DNA of 64,000 nt from a virus (IMGVR_UViG_3300025030_000062:30900-94899); one strand, 5' to 3'. Counted from the stretch's first letter, positions 9,930-20,516 are shown. Numbers and translations: made by a program. Notes: generated by a model not told the origin, from the sequence alone.

Positions 9930-11867
9930 ATGGACCCTCTTCAGCCGATACCCACAACTAACCTAGATGCAGGTAGTGATAGCCCTTTATCCGCTCAGAC
10001 TGATTTACTTGAGGTTGTTCAGCGAATGAATGGTATAGGACTTGTACCTTGTTCGCAATATGGAACGCTAAATCAAGCTGTTATTGCAATCGGGTCTTTG
10101 AAGCGAACATTAGCTTACGGGGCTGATGTTACAGTTTCTGCTAATATTACAATTCCTTCTAATATTGAATTGTTACCTTACAACGATGCTGTTATTAATC
10201 ATTCTACTTATACAATTTCGTATTCAGGTAGCACTGAAAGATGGAACATGAGTAAAAAATTCAACGGTACAGGAGCTATTACTGGATTTAGCGAGGTTCG
10301 CCCTGAATGGTTTGGGGCAAAAGGCGATGACTCTACTGATGACCGACAGGCGTTTATTTGTGCAGCTGCTTCTGGTGGTGAAATAGTTTTAAGAAGCAAA
10401 ACTTATTGGGTGAGCAGTAATATTCCAGTAACCGGCATTTTGCGAATAAGGGGTGTTGGAGAAAATTCTTCTATTCGGTGCAACGGATACGCGTTTACAG
10501 TTACCAACGGTCATTATTCTCATTTGGATAATTTCGCGTTTTTGGCTCCTACTGGCGCGTATATGGTAAACAGATGGGCTGCTAACGGTGATTGGCTCGG
10601 TACACCTGTTTACGGATATAATTTGACTGAAGGTTATCAAATGACCGGGAATGATCCTGAATGGGAAGGGTTGACAGCGCCTCAAAAGACGTATGTAGTC
10701 ACCGGAATTAAGTTCATTACGTCTAACAAAGTTAAAGTTTCGCGCATATACGGGCGATTTGTGAGTTTGTGGCTAAGTGATAGTAACGATTCTTCAGTGG
10801 AGCGTTGCAGGTTTCATGGTGGAGCTACCACTTACGGAGGTATTTATTTTGGGGCTACCGCTGCTACAAAATTACAAGGAAATAAAGCTCACGGCAATAC
10901 GGTCATGTATTCATCTAATTGCGGGATAACTTATGAAGGTCAAGATGGAATAAGCATTACAGGAAACACAATCAGAATGTGTGGTGAATCTGGCATTAAA
11001 CAGATGCAGAATACTTACTCTAGTCTGTATTCGTTAGTATCGGATAATATCAGTAATTCTAACTATTATGACGGCATAGATTTATTAACCAACTTTCCCG
11101 TTACAGGTTCGGCTTCTCCGTCAGCTTGTGTTGTAAGCAACTGTGCTAAAAACAATAGATTGTCGGGTATTAATATAGAAGGTACTGGAAATTTAATACA
11201 AGGAGGTGTTATCTCAGGTAATGGTGCTTTTGGAATATGGGGTATTGTGTCATACTCTACGATCATGGGCGTAATGTTACCTAATAATAATAAAATCGCT
11301 ACGGCCGGATACGCTTCTTTGTATGTAGAAGGTAATAACAATACAATAGCAACTAACAGCATAAATAATACTGCCGCTGGTTATTTAGTAAACAACTGCA
11401 TGTTTGTTAAGGGTAATAATAATAAGTATTACAATAACGATTTGTATACCAGTAATACTACGTCCCTTTATGTAGAAGGAACTAATAACATCGGTTGGGC
11501 CAATAAAGGGCTAAAAGCGGTTAACGGAACCTCTCTTGATAGGTATAACCGGCTTATAGTTGATAATATGGAGCAAGCAGGTGATGATGTGGGTATTGAC
11601 TTTGTAGTGAGATGGGGTATGCGAAAACCTACAGGTAGTATTAAGTCATTGTTGACTAATGGTGTTCCTGGTAGCGAATATTCCAATATGTATTTTTATA
11701 CATTAGGTAACGGTACTGAAATCAATCCTCTTATTTTAGGCGGTGACGGTTATATTAGTATGCCAGCTATGCCTGTTTATGCCGATAATGCAGCTGCTGT
11801 TGCTGGTGGCAGAGCAGCGGGTAACTTGTATCGAACTGCCGCAGGGGATTTGCGAATAGTGTATTAA
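9930..11867 (+). CDS. Second tailspike, parallel beta-helix
   Basis: VRPEWFGAKGDDSTDDRQAF motif; Asn/Gly-rich beta-helix repeats; C-terminal YADNAAAVAGG...G.LYRT. Confidence 0.75.
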   Translation: MDPLQPIPTTNLDAGSDSPLSAQTDLLEVVQRMNGIGLVPCSQYGTLNQAVIAIGSLKRTLAYGADVTVSANITIPSNIELLPYNDAVINHSTYTISYSGSTERWNMSKKFNGTGAITGFSEVRPEWFGAKGDDSTDDRQAFICAAASGGEIVLRSKTYWVSSNIPVTGILRIRGVGENSSIRCNGYAFTVTNGHYSHLDNFAFLAPTGAYMVNRWAANGDWLGTPVYGYNLTEGYQMTGNDPEWEGLTAPQKTYVVTGIKFITSNKVKVSRIYGRFVSLWLSDSNDSSVERCRFHGGATTYGGIYFGATAATKLQGNKAHGNTVMYSSNCGITYEGQDGISITGNTIRMCGESGIKQMQNTYSSLYSLVSDNISNSNYYDGIDLLTNFPVTGSASPSACVVSNCAKNNRLSGINIEGTGNLIQGGVISGNGAFGIWGIVSYSTIMGVMLPNNNKIATAGYASLYVEGNNNTIATNSINNTAAGYLVNNCMFVKGNNNKYYNNDLYTSNTTSLYVEGTNNIGWANKGLKAVNGTSLDRYNRLIVDNMEQAGDDVGIDFVVRWGMRKPTGSIKSLLTNGVPGSEYSNMYFYTLGNGTEINPLILGGDGYISMPAMPVYADNAAAVAGGRAAGNLYRTAAGDLRIVY

Positions 11868-11882
11868 ATATTTTTAACCTTC

Positions 11883-11911
11883 TTGACTTGAGAACTTTTT
11901 AACTATATTAT
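11883..11911 (+). promoter_or_regulatory. Sigma-70-type promoter
   Basis: TTGACT-17 bp-TATTAT upstream of RBS AGGAG and ORF 11941. Confidence 0.6.
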
Positions 11912-11940
11912 GTGCCGCGAGAAGGGAATTAGGAGCGCCT

Positions 11941-12285
11941 ATGCCAGCACTTGAACACGATGTAACAATAGAGCAAGGCGCTGATTTTCAGCGGGAATAC
12001 ACCGTTACTAACCTTGACGGTTCAAACGTAACCGATTTAGGTTCGTTTCAATTCAGCGGTCAACTCAGAACTAATTACGGAACACTGGTAGCTGATTTTA
12101 CAATTACACCTACTAGTGTTAAAACCGTACTTGCTGCGTTAACTGCCGCTCAGACGACTTTAGCAAAAGCTTCAACTTGTTATTCCCACAATTATGACAT
12201 AGAAGGTGTTTCACCTCAAGGTATTGTTTATCGTATAGCAAAAGTACGCGCTAAAATTTCAGCAGAACAAACTAAAACAGCTTAG
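11941..12285 (+). CDS. Virion-associated Ig-like/adaptor protein
   Basis: IEQGADF...DL...GQLR...LTAAQT...YDIE pattern recalled from phage tail-associated proteins. Confidence 0.5.
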   Translation: MPALEHDVTIEQGADFQREYTVTNLDGSNVTDLGSFQFSGQLRTNYGTLVADFTITPTSVKTVLAALTAAQTTLAKASTCYSHNYDIEGVSPQGIVYRIAKVRAKISAEQTKTA

Positions 12286-12326
12286 GCTAAGAACTTAAGC
12301 TCTCAGTTCACAAAGGAGAACTAACA

Positions 12327-12734
12327 ATGGCTAACAATCTTAAACTCAGTAACGCAACGGTAGATGTTCAGGGTGATGCAACTGCAACTCTGTTCGACAA
12401 CGGTTATCTTCGTATCTATGATGGTAGTCAGGCTGCAACTGCTGATACCGCCGTAGGCGCACAGGTTCTGCTTGCCGAGCTTCGTTTTGCGGCTACCGCA
12501 ATGAGTTCCAGCACTAACGGTGTGCTTACTGCTGCTGCGCTTACCGCTGATTCTTCGGCCAATGCTACCGGTACCGCCTCTTGGTATCGTTGCCTGAAGT
12601 CTGACGGTACTACGGTTATTTGTGACGGCTCTGTGGGTACTTCTGCTGCTGATCTTATCCTTAACTCTGTTGCTATTAGTTCCGGCGCAGCTGTTTCGGT
12701 TTCCTCGTTCACTCACACTATTCCTAAAGCGTAA
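12327..12734 (+). CDS. Small virion structural protein
   Basis: GYLRIYDG...LAEL...ANATGTASWYR...DGSVGTS.ADL.L motif; RBS AAGGAG. Confidence 0.6.
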   Translation: MANNLKLSNATVDVQGDATATLFDNGYLRIYDGSQAATADTAVGAQVLLAELRFAATAMSSSTNGVLTAAALTADSSANATGTASWYRCLKSDGTTVICDGSVGTSAADLILNSVAISSGAAVSVSSFTHTIPKA

Positions 12735-12743
12735 GGAGCTGTT

Positions 12744-14402
12744 ATGGCGCTCCACCATCTAACTGAATACAACGTCGATGGTGGAGCTTGGATACAGGCT
12801 TACGCCGACGAAGAAGCAGGGCCGGGGAAGTCGCTTGTTATTAGCGGCTTAGCGCCTGGAACCTACCAAGTCAGACTCAGGATCACTCCCTTAACCGGGG
12901 GTGGTCCTGCTGTCGTTTCTAACCCTGTTGAAGTGGTTATTACACAAGACGTTGTAAATCAAACCCAAATCAAACAAATTCAAGCCATTGAATCTGCTTT
13001 ACAGTTTATCGCTTCAGGTGCTCAAGTGGCGGCTGTTCAGGTAGGTTCTGTGCTTGGTTCAATGTTATTCTCTGGTGTCGTTGAACAAACTCAGCCAATT
13101 CAGGTTGAACTTTCGTCTGCTTCTGGTGTTAATACAGGTGATTTGGCAGAAACTCAGATTGTTCAAAGCAATAGTTCTACTGGCTTACTTGAATTTGTTG
13201 GCGTAGTTGATAATTATCAAACATTGCAAAGTTCGGTTATTAACAGTATTGTTGAGTTTATGGGTACTTCTGTTCAAACTCAAACAGTACAGTCTGAAGC
13301 AATTTCAGGCGGCGATGTTATAACCGGTAGTGTGTTGGCCTCACAGGTCATTCAGGCTAATAACATTGCAGCAATTATTGAGTTTGTAGGTAGTGCAGCA
13401 ATTCAACAGCTTGCTCAAAATGAATTGGTTGAAGGCGAACAGTCTGTTCCAATTTCAGGTACAGTTGTTGTGAATCAAGCAGTGCAGAATGAAGCTAACT
13501 CTGCTACGTTAGTGTTCTATGCGACTTCGGAACAGAATCAATCTGTGCAGAGTGAAGTGAATAGTGGAACATTGTCCTTTAGCGGTAGTATTACAGAGAG
13601 CCAAATAAAGCAGATTGAAGCTATTAGCGCAAGTGTTAGCGAACCGTCACCCGCCCAAGTGACAGGACTCTCGGTATCCAACTCCCCCGCCCAACTCACT
13701 GCCACATGGGCTGACCTTTCCGACGAGACTAGCTATGAGCTGTTCTACTCGACCGACCCCGACCTGGACGAGACCACGGACGGTCTGACGGGTTACGTTA
13801 GCACGGTTGCCTATCCCTCGGCTCCAACTTCCGCCGTTTCTGGGCACATCACAGGGATTTCGGTGGGACAACTGGCGTACACGCTTAACGGGATGTTAAC
13901 GGCAGGGGTCACCTACTATGTCAGGGTGGCTGGCAGAAACGCCGCTGGGCTTGGAACGCTTTCTGCCGCCGCTGCTGCGTCTCTCAATTATTACACGCAA
14001 GGTTGGGAGGCTGGAGTTGACACAGATGGGTTGATTGCTGTAGCAGGCGGGGGGCATACAGGAGATTGGTTTGGGGTCAAGGCTGGGGACCACGTAAGTA
14101 ATCAGTATACTGTAGCTTTTACAAAAACACTCACCGTAGCTGATGGAACTGGCGAGTTTTACTATTCAATAGAGGTTGAGCATAGCTCCACAGAGATCAG
14201 GGTGTACCAAGGTGCTACTTTACTACATGCTGAGAACTCAATCAATGACAATACCTGGCATAAGATGGAATTTGTGACAGCTTCGGAGAGTGATGTAGAA
14301 ATCAAAATAGGTAGAGTATCTGGTGCGTATGACTATGGTGGGGGCGACATCGGTTCGTCTGCTAGTATGAGCATAGATGATGTAAAGATAAGGATACCGT
14401 GA
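12744..14402 (+). CDS. Virion protein: FN3, Gln-rich repeats, FN3 and C-terminal domain
   Basis: GLAPGTYQVRLR and GVTYYVRVAGRNAAG FN3 signatures; quasi-periodic Gln-rich segment. Confidence 0.6.
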   Translation: MALHHLTEYNVDGGAWIQAYADEEAGPGKSLVISGLAPGTYQVRLRITPLTGGGPAVVSNPVEVVITQDVVNQTQIKQIQAIESALQFIASGAQVAAVQVGSVLGSMLFSGVVEQTQPIQVELSSASGVNTGDLAETQIVQSNSSTGLLEFVGVVDNYQTLQSSVINSIVEFMGTSVQTQTVQSEAISGGDVITGSVLASQVIQANNIAAIIEFVGSAAIQQLAQNELVEGEQSVPISGTVVVNQAVQNEANSATLVFYATSEQNQSVQSEVNSGTLSFSGSITESQIKQIEAISASVSEPSPAQVTGLSVSNSPAQLTATWADLSDETSYELFYSTDPDLDETTDGLTGYVSTVAYPSAPTSAVSGHITGISVGQLAYTLNGMLTAGVTYYVRVAGRNAAGLGTLSAAAAASLNYYTQGWEAGVDTDGLIAVAGGGHTGDWFGVKAGDHVSNQYTVAFTKTLTVADGTGEFYYSIEVEHSSTEIRVYQGATLLHAENSINDNTWHKMEFVTASESDVEIKIGRVSGAYDYGGGDIGSSASMSIDDVKIRIP

Positions 14403-17350
14403 TGCTAGTCATCTATTGTTCCCCCAACGGTATCGGGGATGGGCAACTGACCAGTCCTTGCTCATTTCTAGCCGCGAAGCAGATGGTTATCGACTCCGCT
14501 CATGATGGCGACATCGTGGTACGTATGTTTGGGGGCGTCTACGAATTTGACGCCACGGTGACGTTTACCTCCGCCGACTCGGGAAAGAATGGTCATAAGG
14601 TATATTGGGTGGCCCATGATCCAGCTAATCCACCGGTTATCTCCGGCGGCAGAGCTATAACTGGTTGGGAGCTGGATACTAGCGCAAGGGCGACTGGTAA
14701 GAATATCTGGAAGGCTCCAGTCCACGTGGACGCAGCCAAAAATTTTTGCGTCAATGACCACCAAGCGAAGATAACCAGCAGGTTTGTGCAGCCTCAATAC
14801 ACTATACCTTACATCGATGGCTTACACGAATTCATCTTCACCATAAACGACGCCTCGTTCCCGGAACTGTCACGTCCCACAGATGCCTCGCTTTGTGTCT
14901 GGACCATGGTATGGAGCAGATCGACAGCAGCTCTCACAACATATAGCAGATCGGGAGACGTGACCACGTTCCGGGTGGACCGGGGCTTCTCCACCAATAT
15001 TGCGGAGAACGTGGACGGGATAGACGAAAACGTCCCTCTTGATGCCGCCAACCGCACAGCCATAGAAAATGCTTTCGAGTTTCTTTCCGCTGACACCAAA
15101 GGGTATGGCTACATAGACACCACCGATCACGTGGCCTACTACGTACCTCTGGACGGCGAGGACATGACTCAGGCGACAGCCCATGCAGGTATCCGGGAGA
15201 AAGCCTTAACCTTGAATGGGGCAGTGGGTGTCTTCTTTGGCGGAGTGCAGTTTGCCCACACTAAATGGAATCCTTCGGCGTGGTTTGGGGGAGTGGGAAA
15301 CCCTACCGTGCCACTTGACGGGCCTCTCTGGGCGGAACTGTTCTTTGAGTTAGGTTACACGGCTGATCTTATGCCACCTGCTGTTGTGGAATGTAGATAT
15401 TCGGAACATATTGGATTTCAGAACTGCCGTATTAAACACGGCGGCGGCGACGGTTTGGCAATTCTTGAGGGGTCCAAACACGTAGACCTGAGACATTCCT
15501 TAGTGACCGAGATATCTTCCAATGGCATTACTGTGGGAACACGCCTCAGCACCACCCCTCAGACATCTGACCAGGTTAGTTTCATAGCAATTGCGGATAA
15601 TATCGTCACTAAAACCGGTTATGGCTATCTCGGTGCTCTCTCCATCTTCACAACTGTTATGGACCACGTGACTATACTTCGTAACGAGGTATCTTACGCA
15701 CCGTACAGTGGGATTGGATGGGGCCAGGGCGGGCCGGTCTGTTATACCAACAACATCGAAATAGCCTACAACAAGATACATCATATATTTGACCACCCCA
15801 CCATAGCTGACGGCGGGGCCATATATGGCAATAGTCAAACGGATGCTGTGGCTATCCATGACAATTACCTGTACGACAACTTTGCCATCTCGGAATATCA
15901 GTTCGGAAATGCGTTGTATTTCGATGAAGATGCATCTGGCGTCACCTACTACAACAACGTCATAGTAGAATCAGCCGCCATCGCAGCCATAGCGCCTGTG
16001 GGGGAGCACGTCTGGCTGGGCGGAAACAGCGCGGGGGTGATAGCGTACAACAACTATGCCTCGAACCATATGATCCTTAACTGGCCTCCGTGGGTAGGGG
16101 AAGTTCCGACCGCCGACGAGGCTATCCAATTAACGGGTATTGATCCCGCAAACTGGCCTGTGGCAGCACGCAACATTGCTCTTGCCTCCGGCCCGTCGCC
16201 ACTGCCGGAAGTCAGTTTGTTTATCCTTCCCGATTCCGCCACTACCCTAACCGTCCCTGCCACTTCGTTCACCGCCACGGACGATGTGGCCGTGACAGGC
16301 TACTTGATAACCGAGAGCAGCACCCCGCCGCTAGTTACCGATCCGGGGTGGAGCGCGACTGCACCAACAGAGTTTACTTTCGCAGGTTACGGCAACCGCA
16401 CCGCATGGGCCTGGGTTAAGGATGGCGATGACAACGTGTCGGCGGGGGTGAGTGCGAGCACAACTATAACTTCATCGCCTTATACAATAGCTTTTGCTCA
16501 ACAACCAACAATTCAATATATCGTTGATGATATCGTAACATTAAGCTATGATACTATTACTTTAGGTGCTGAACAAGTTCAAAGTATTCAAACTCAAGTC
16601 ACAACAGCAACTCAAAGCTTTATTGGAACTTTAGCACAATCGCAAGCTAAACAAACTGAAGCTGTTGTAAGCTTGCAAAGTATTGCGGGTTATGTTGCCA
16701 CAACTCAAGCTAAACAATCCGTTACAATAGCAGGAACACCACAATTTAACGGAGTTATTGCCCACAATCAACCTATACAAATAACACAAGCTTCAACTCA
16801 ACAAACTATAACAGGCTCAGTTACAACAGTTCAACCAATAGCTTCACAAACAGCAAACGGTTCTTCAGCCGCTGAGCCGACATTAGCTTTCGGCCAACAG
16901 CCTGTTTTCAGCAACGGTATTATTTATTACGGCACTGAGGATTTATTTGCTGGTTTTGAAGGTACGATAATTCAACTTACGCCGGTTCAGCAGCAGATAG
17001 TTGAAGCAAGCTTAGGATTTACCGGAACCGTCGCTGAAAGCCAGAAATCAGCCGCTCAGAATGCCCTAGGGAGCCAAGTTTTTACCGGAGCCTTATCAGG
17101 GTATCAGCTAATTCAGGAGCAAGCGGCCTTGGCGCTGCCTGAAGCCGTAACGCAAGCGCAGCCGACTCAGCAGCAAGCAGTAATTAGCACTTTGAGCTTT
17201 ATGGGAGTTGTGAGCCAAGGTCAAGCGGTTCAATTGCAGCGGATTACCAGGATTGCTGAAGCTTTAGACTTGAAGATTAGCGTTCGTGATCCATTAACGT
17301 TGAAGATTTCTGTTCGTGATCCATTACAGCTTAAGATAACAGTGAATTAA
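14399..17350 (+). CDS. Right-handed beta-helix protein fused to an Ig-like domain and Gln-rich repeats
   Basis: YCSPNG.GDG....P, PVISGGRAITGW, DGGAIY, LYFDE beta-helix glycoside hydrolase/lyase-like motifs; Gln-rich C-terminal third. Confidence 0.65.
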   Translation: MMLVIYCSPNGIGDGQLTSPCSFLAAKQMVIDSAHDGDIVVRMFGGVYEFDATVTFTSADSGKNGHKVYWVAHDPANPPVISGGRAITGWELDTSARATGKNIWKAPVHVDAAKNFCVNDHQAKITSRFVQPQYTIPYIDGLHEFIFTINDASFPELSRPTDASLCVWTMVWSRSTAALTTYSRSGDVTTFRVDRGFSTNIAENVDGIDENVPLDAANRTAIENAFEFLSADTKGYGYIDTTDHVAYYVPLDGEDMTQATAHAGIREKALTLNGAVGVFFGGVQFAHTKWNPSAWFGGVGNPTVPLDGPLWAELFFELGYTADLMPPAVVECRYSEHIGFQNCRIKHGGGDGLAILEGSKHVDLRHSLVTEISSNGITVGTRLSTTPQTSDQVSFIAIADNIVTKTGYGYLGALSIFTTVMDHVTILRNEVSYAPYSGIGWGQGGPVCYTNNIEIAYNKIHHIFDHPTIADGGAIYGNSQTDAVAIHDNYLYDNFAISEYQFGNALYFDEDASGVTYYNNVIVESAAIAAIAPVGEHVWLGGNSAGVIAYNNYASNHMILNWPPWVGEVPTADEAIQLTGIDPANWPVAARNIALASGPSPLPEVSLFILPDSATTLTVPATSFTATDDVAVTGYLITESSTPPLVTDPGWSATAPTEFTFAGYGNRTAWAWVKDGDDNVSAGVSASTTITSSPYTIAFAQQPTIQYIVDDIVTLSYDTITLGAEQVQSIQTQVTTATQSFIGTLAQSQAKQTEAVVSLQSIAGYVATTQAKQSVTIAGTPQFNGVIAHNQPIQITQASTQQTITGSVTTVQPIASQTANGSSAAEPTLAFGQQPVFSNGIIYYGTEDLFAGFEGTIIQLTPVQQQIVEASLGFTGTVAESQKSAAQNALGSQVFTGALSGYQLIQEQAALALPEAVTQAQPTQQQAVISTLSFMGVVSQGQAVQLQRITRIAEALDLKISVRDPLTLKISVRDPLQLKITVN
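17270..17344 (+). repeat. 2.5 x 30-bp tandem repeat encoding LKISVRDPL
   Basis: ttgaagattagcgttcgtgatccattaacg / ttgaagatttctgttcgtgatccattacag / cttaagataacagtg. Confidence 0.85.
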
Positions 17351-17389
17351 ACTAAAGCCCTCGCTAAGCATTAGGAGGGCTTTAGTTTA
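17348..17389. terminator. Bidirectional intrinsic terminator between convergent modules
   Basis: TAAACTAAAGCCCTC-12 nt-GAGGGCTTTAGTTTA, perfect 15-bp inverted repeat between two stop codons. Confidence 0.85.
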
Positions 17390-17665
17390 TGCAAAGTATT
17401 CGCCTTTCTCGTAGAACATTTCTCCCTCATATTGTCCTGCGCCATTGGACGGAAACTGTATTGCTGTTGGATCGCAAATGCTTCCGTCAGGTCTAACTGT
17501 CCACCAATGAGGTTGTGGTTCATCGTCCCAAACAGGACAAACATAATAACCCCAAACCAAAGCTAATGTAGCGTCGTTTTGCACTGCTTTGTTTGAGTAT
17601 TCGAAGCATTTGCCAGTGAAGAACAACGCTTCTGGTAGTACAATTCCGTTGTCATTTATTAGCAA
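17387..17665 (-). CDS. Small transglutaminase/papain-like (Cys-His-Asp) protein, paralog of 28638..28991
   Basis: GKC...PHWW...DPT..QF motif order. Confidence 0.45.
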   Translation of the reverse strand: MLINDNGIVLPEALFFTGKCFEYSNKAVQNDATLALVWGYYVCPVWDDEPQPHWWTVRPDGSICDPTAIQFPSNGAGQYEGEMFYEKGEYFA

Positions 17666-17674
17666 AGCTTACTC

Positions 17675-19726
17675 CTAAAAGAACTTGATTTGTTGCTCAC
17701 GTTTGTAAAACCCAATATCGAAAAGTATGCCGTTAGTAATGCTTATATACTTCTCGTAATCAACATCCGTAGGAAACTCTTCAGGTAAATCCATACAAGG
17801 TCTACCGCCTTCTGAATTTGCTACTTTGTTACCGTTAGAAATGTAGCTTATACAGCCTTGCTGATATTTAGCGTAATAATATCTTACAACCTTGCCTAAG
17901 TAAAAACCATCTTTCTCAGCACCGCCTTTTACGTTCATAAGTGAAATAAACCGTCTGATATCAGTACAACTTTTAATAGTTTCCTCTACAGGTATATTGT
18001 GGGTAAGCAAAGCTATTACTGCGTCAGAACAAACTAAATGTTGCGGGTTTTTAGATAACACGCTATTTAAAGCTGAACCGCGTTCGGCGTAGCGGCCTTT
18101 GACCTTACAACCCATTCTATCGTCAAAGAATTCAGCCTTAGCATCACCTTTCTCCTTAATTGCGAGATAATTGTTAACATCAGCTGAATATATGGCTTTA
18201 TAGCGCGTTTCTTCTGTTTCAAAACCAGTTTCTTGTTCCCATTGTTTAATAACTTGAAGTAGTTCGTCATACTTTTCAACAGGACATTTCATTACTATTC
18301 CATCTGTATTTCCAGACACTACAGGTATGCCTACAAGTTCGATCATTTCAATTAGCATTAATAACGAAAGTTGACCAGTAAGCGTTACTGTGATCATAAG
18401 CTTCGGTGAATAGAAACGCGAATATTTAGAACCTAAAAGACCGAATCCTGCATTGATTACAATTTTCTTGGAATCTGTTTCAACCTTAGCTTTCTTCAAC
18501 TCAGCTTTTATAGTTTGGTTCTGTTCTATTATCTTTTTAAGCTTGCCGACTTTATCTTTAGCATCTAACCTTTGTCTAACAATCGAACTGTAAACTGTAA
18601 GAAAGGGAAGACCCATGTTTTCAGGAAACAATTTCAGATTCAGAACTATATTAGGATAAAAGCTTGCAGCGTCAACGTCAAGAAGCAACACTTCTTCAGT
18701 AGCCACATGAGATGCGGAACTTTCAGTGCTATGAAGACCGCCTATCGTTAAGTTGTAATTCGATATTCCTATTGATAATTGCAAATTATCAATGCTTTGT
18801 GGAATTAAAACTTTACCTGTATCTCTTACTACAAATTCGGCATCGCGTACAACTTCAAGCATATGCTGCAATACCGGAGTTTTGTATTTAATAAAGCCGG
18901 GAATGTCATATTTGAAAGTAGTTCCAGGTTCAACTGTTTGACGTTTAGGATTGCGTCCGGTGATTTTAGCAACTTCTGAACACACGACAGTTTCCGAAAT
19001 CTGTGCGTCACCTTTCGATCTTAAATCCATTCCGTAATAAAGACTAAGTTCTGCTCTAAGTTCCAATTGTGGGCACAATTCTTTAAGCAAAAGCGAAGTA
19101 CATTCAAGATCGTTTATGCAATAAAGGCGTACTGTATCACGCTGAGCTTGAGTTAGATAAGTGTTAGGATTATAAGGAAGGTCTTGCAATCTAGGTGCAT
19201 GTAAACGTCCAGCGTATGTTTTCAAAGAAGCCGAAAGAGGGGCTACTTCAATAAGGTCGATATGGTTGATTTTGCCGCATTTGAATGAATATGCTTGTTC
19301 AATATCTCTTATGCGCCAATTACCTTTAATTATAAAATCAGTTACGTTTTTAAGTGCCTCGTTATTAGCACCTTGGAGCGCAAGCCATAATAAGGGTAAG
19401 TCGAAATTAGCTGAGTTAAAACCTACATGACATCCATTGTGCAATAGCCAAAGCAACTTGTGTTTATCAAAATCTTTTTCAGGAGTTCGTTCGAAATAAA
19501 CAACTTGTTTAGTGGCGTAGCATTGAAAAGCTGCTAGGAAATACCCCGGATAAATTTCAAGGTCGTAAACAAACACGTTTCCTTTTGCTTCGTATAACTT
19601 TTCATCTGTAAATTCAGTAAAGTTTATTTCTTTACGCTCTAATGCAACTGTTAGTGTTTTACCTTGTCTTTTAATAGGAACAAGTTCTTCATCGGTAAAG
19701 AACTTGTTAGGAGCTAATCGGTTCAT
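17675..19726 (-). CDS. DNA polymerase, family B, with 3'-5' exonuclease
   Basis: YDLEIY (ExoI), GFNSANFD (ExoII), YCINDL (ExoIII), DAASFYPNI, KIVINAGFG, NTDGI; ATG at 19726 with RBS AAGGAG. Confidence 0.92.
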   Translation of the reverse strand: MNRLAPNKFFTDEELVPIKRQGKTLTVALERKEINFTEFTDEKLYEAKGNVFVYDLEIYPGYFLAAFQCYATKQVVYFERTPEKDFDKHKLLWLLHNGCHVGFNSANFDLPLLWLALQGANNEALKNVTDFIIKGNWRIRDIEQAYSFKCGKINHIDLIEVAPLSASLKTYAGRLHAPRLQDLPYNPNTYLTQAQRDTVRLYCINDLECTSLLLKELCPQLELRAELSLYYGMDLRSKGDAQISETVVCSEVAKITGRNPKRQTVEPGTTFKYDIPGFIKYKTPVLQHMLEVVRDAEFVVRDTGKVLIPQSIDNLQLSIGISNYNLTIGGLHSTESSASHVATEEVLLLDVDAASFYPNIVLNLKLFPENMGLPFLTVYSSIVRQRLDAKDKVGKLKKIIEQNQTIKAELKKAKVETDSKKIVINAGFGLLGSKYSRFYSPKLMITVTLTGQLSLLMLIEMIELVGIPVVSGNTDGIVMKCPVEKYDELLQVIKQWEQETGFETEETRYKAIYSADVNNYLAIKEKGDAKAEFFDDRMGCKVKGRYAERGSALNSVLSKNPQHLVCSDAVIALLTHNIPVEETIKSCTDIRRFISLMNVKGGAEKDGFYLGKVVRYYYAKYQQGCISYISNGNKVANSEGGRPCMDLPEEFPTDVDYEKYISITNGILFDIGFYKREQQIKFF

Positions 19727-20516
19727 AATCAACTCCTTTATTGTCTCTATTTCCTTTGCTAACGTTGCAACCTAAGTGCGCAAGCTGAACGTTTTCCGCG
19801 CAGTGCAACCCGCCTTTAGATAAAGGAATTATATGGTCGATTGAAGGGGATAATGGATTTGGAAACTTAAAACTAACATCAACTTGTTTGCCACATAGTT
19901 TGCAGATAAATCCATCACGTTCGTAAATTTTATTGTGATTTATGTTTTCAACGAATTGAGCTTTACGTTTAGCTCTACGTTCAGCGGAATATTGCGCGAA
20001 CTTTAAAGCATTAGCGATTCTATAGTTCTTACCTTTAGTTTTAATCTTATCAGGATGTTTAGCACAAAATCTTTTTTCTTTAGCTTTAACTTTTTCAGGG
20101 TTTTCTTTATTCCATTTTACAATTCCGGCTTTTACTTTTTCTTTGTTTTCATCTCTATACTTTTTAGCTTGCGCTCTGGATTTTTCTGGATTTTCTTTTC
20201 TATATTTTTTACTATATTCTGAAGCATAATTTGGATTCAGTTCTCTATAACGTTTGTTGCGTTCGTTATACTCTTCGAGTTTATTCAATCTACGTTCTCT
20301 TGCTTTGACTGAACATTCTTCTTTATTAAGTTCGTAATGTTTTTTACGGTATTGTTTTAATTTTTCTTTATTATTTTCTCTATGCTTCTTTGCTTTTTCT
20401 GCATTGCGAATTTTACATTTTTCACATACAGTTATTCCTGGCAAAGCTTCGTTTTTGCATCTGGTACATTTACGAAATACTAATTCAACTACTGGAATAT
20501 CTTCGATTTTGAACAT
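19707..20516 (-). CDS. HNH endonuclease with Lys/Glu-rich helical repeats
   Basis: ERDGFICKLCG...SIDHIIPLSKGGLH...NVQLAHLGCNVSK. Confidence 0.85.
   Translation of the reverse strand: MFKIEDIPVVELVFRKCTRCKNEALPGITVCEKCKIRNAEKAKKHRENNKEKLKQYRKKHYELNKEECSVKARERRLNKLEEYNERNKRYRELNPNYASEYSKKYRKENPEKSRAQAKKYRDENKEKVKAGIVKWNKENPEKVKAKEKRFCAKHPDKIKTKGKNYRIANALKFAQYSAERRAKRKAQFVENINHNKIYERDGFICKLCGKQVDVSFKFPNPLSPSIDHIIPLSKGGLHCAENVQLAHLGCNVSKGNRDNKGVDYEPISS

Noticed and set aside
20-16278. Short minus-strand ORFs within the tail module
   Set aside because: Antisense to long well-supported genes, with no recognisable motifs
8717-17350. Diversity-generating retroelement acting on tail genes
   Set aside because: No reverse transcriptase and no adenine-variant repeat pair seen
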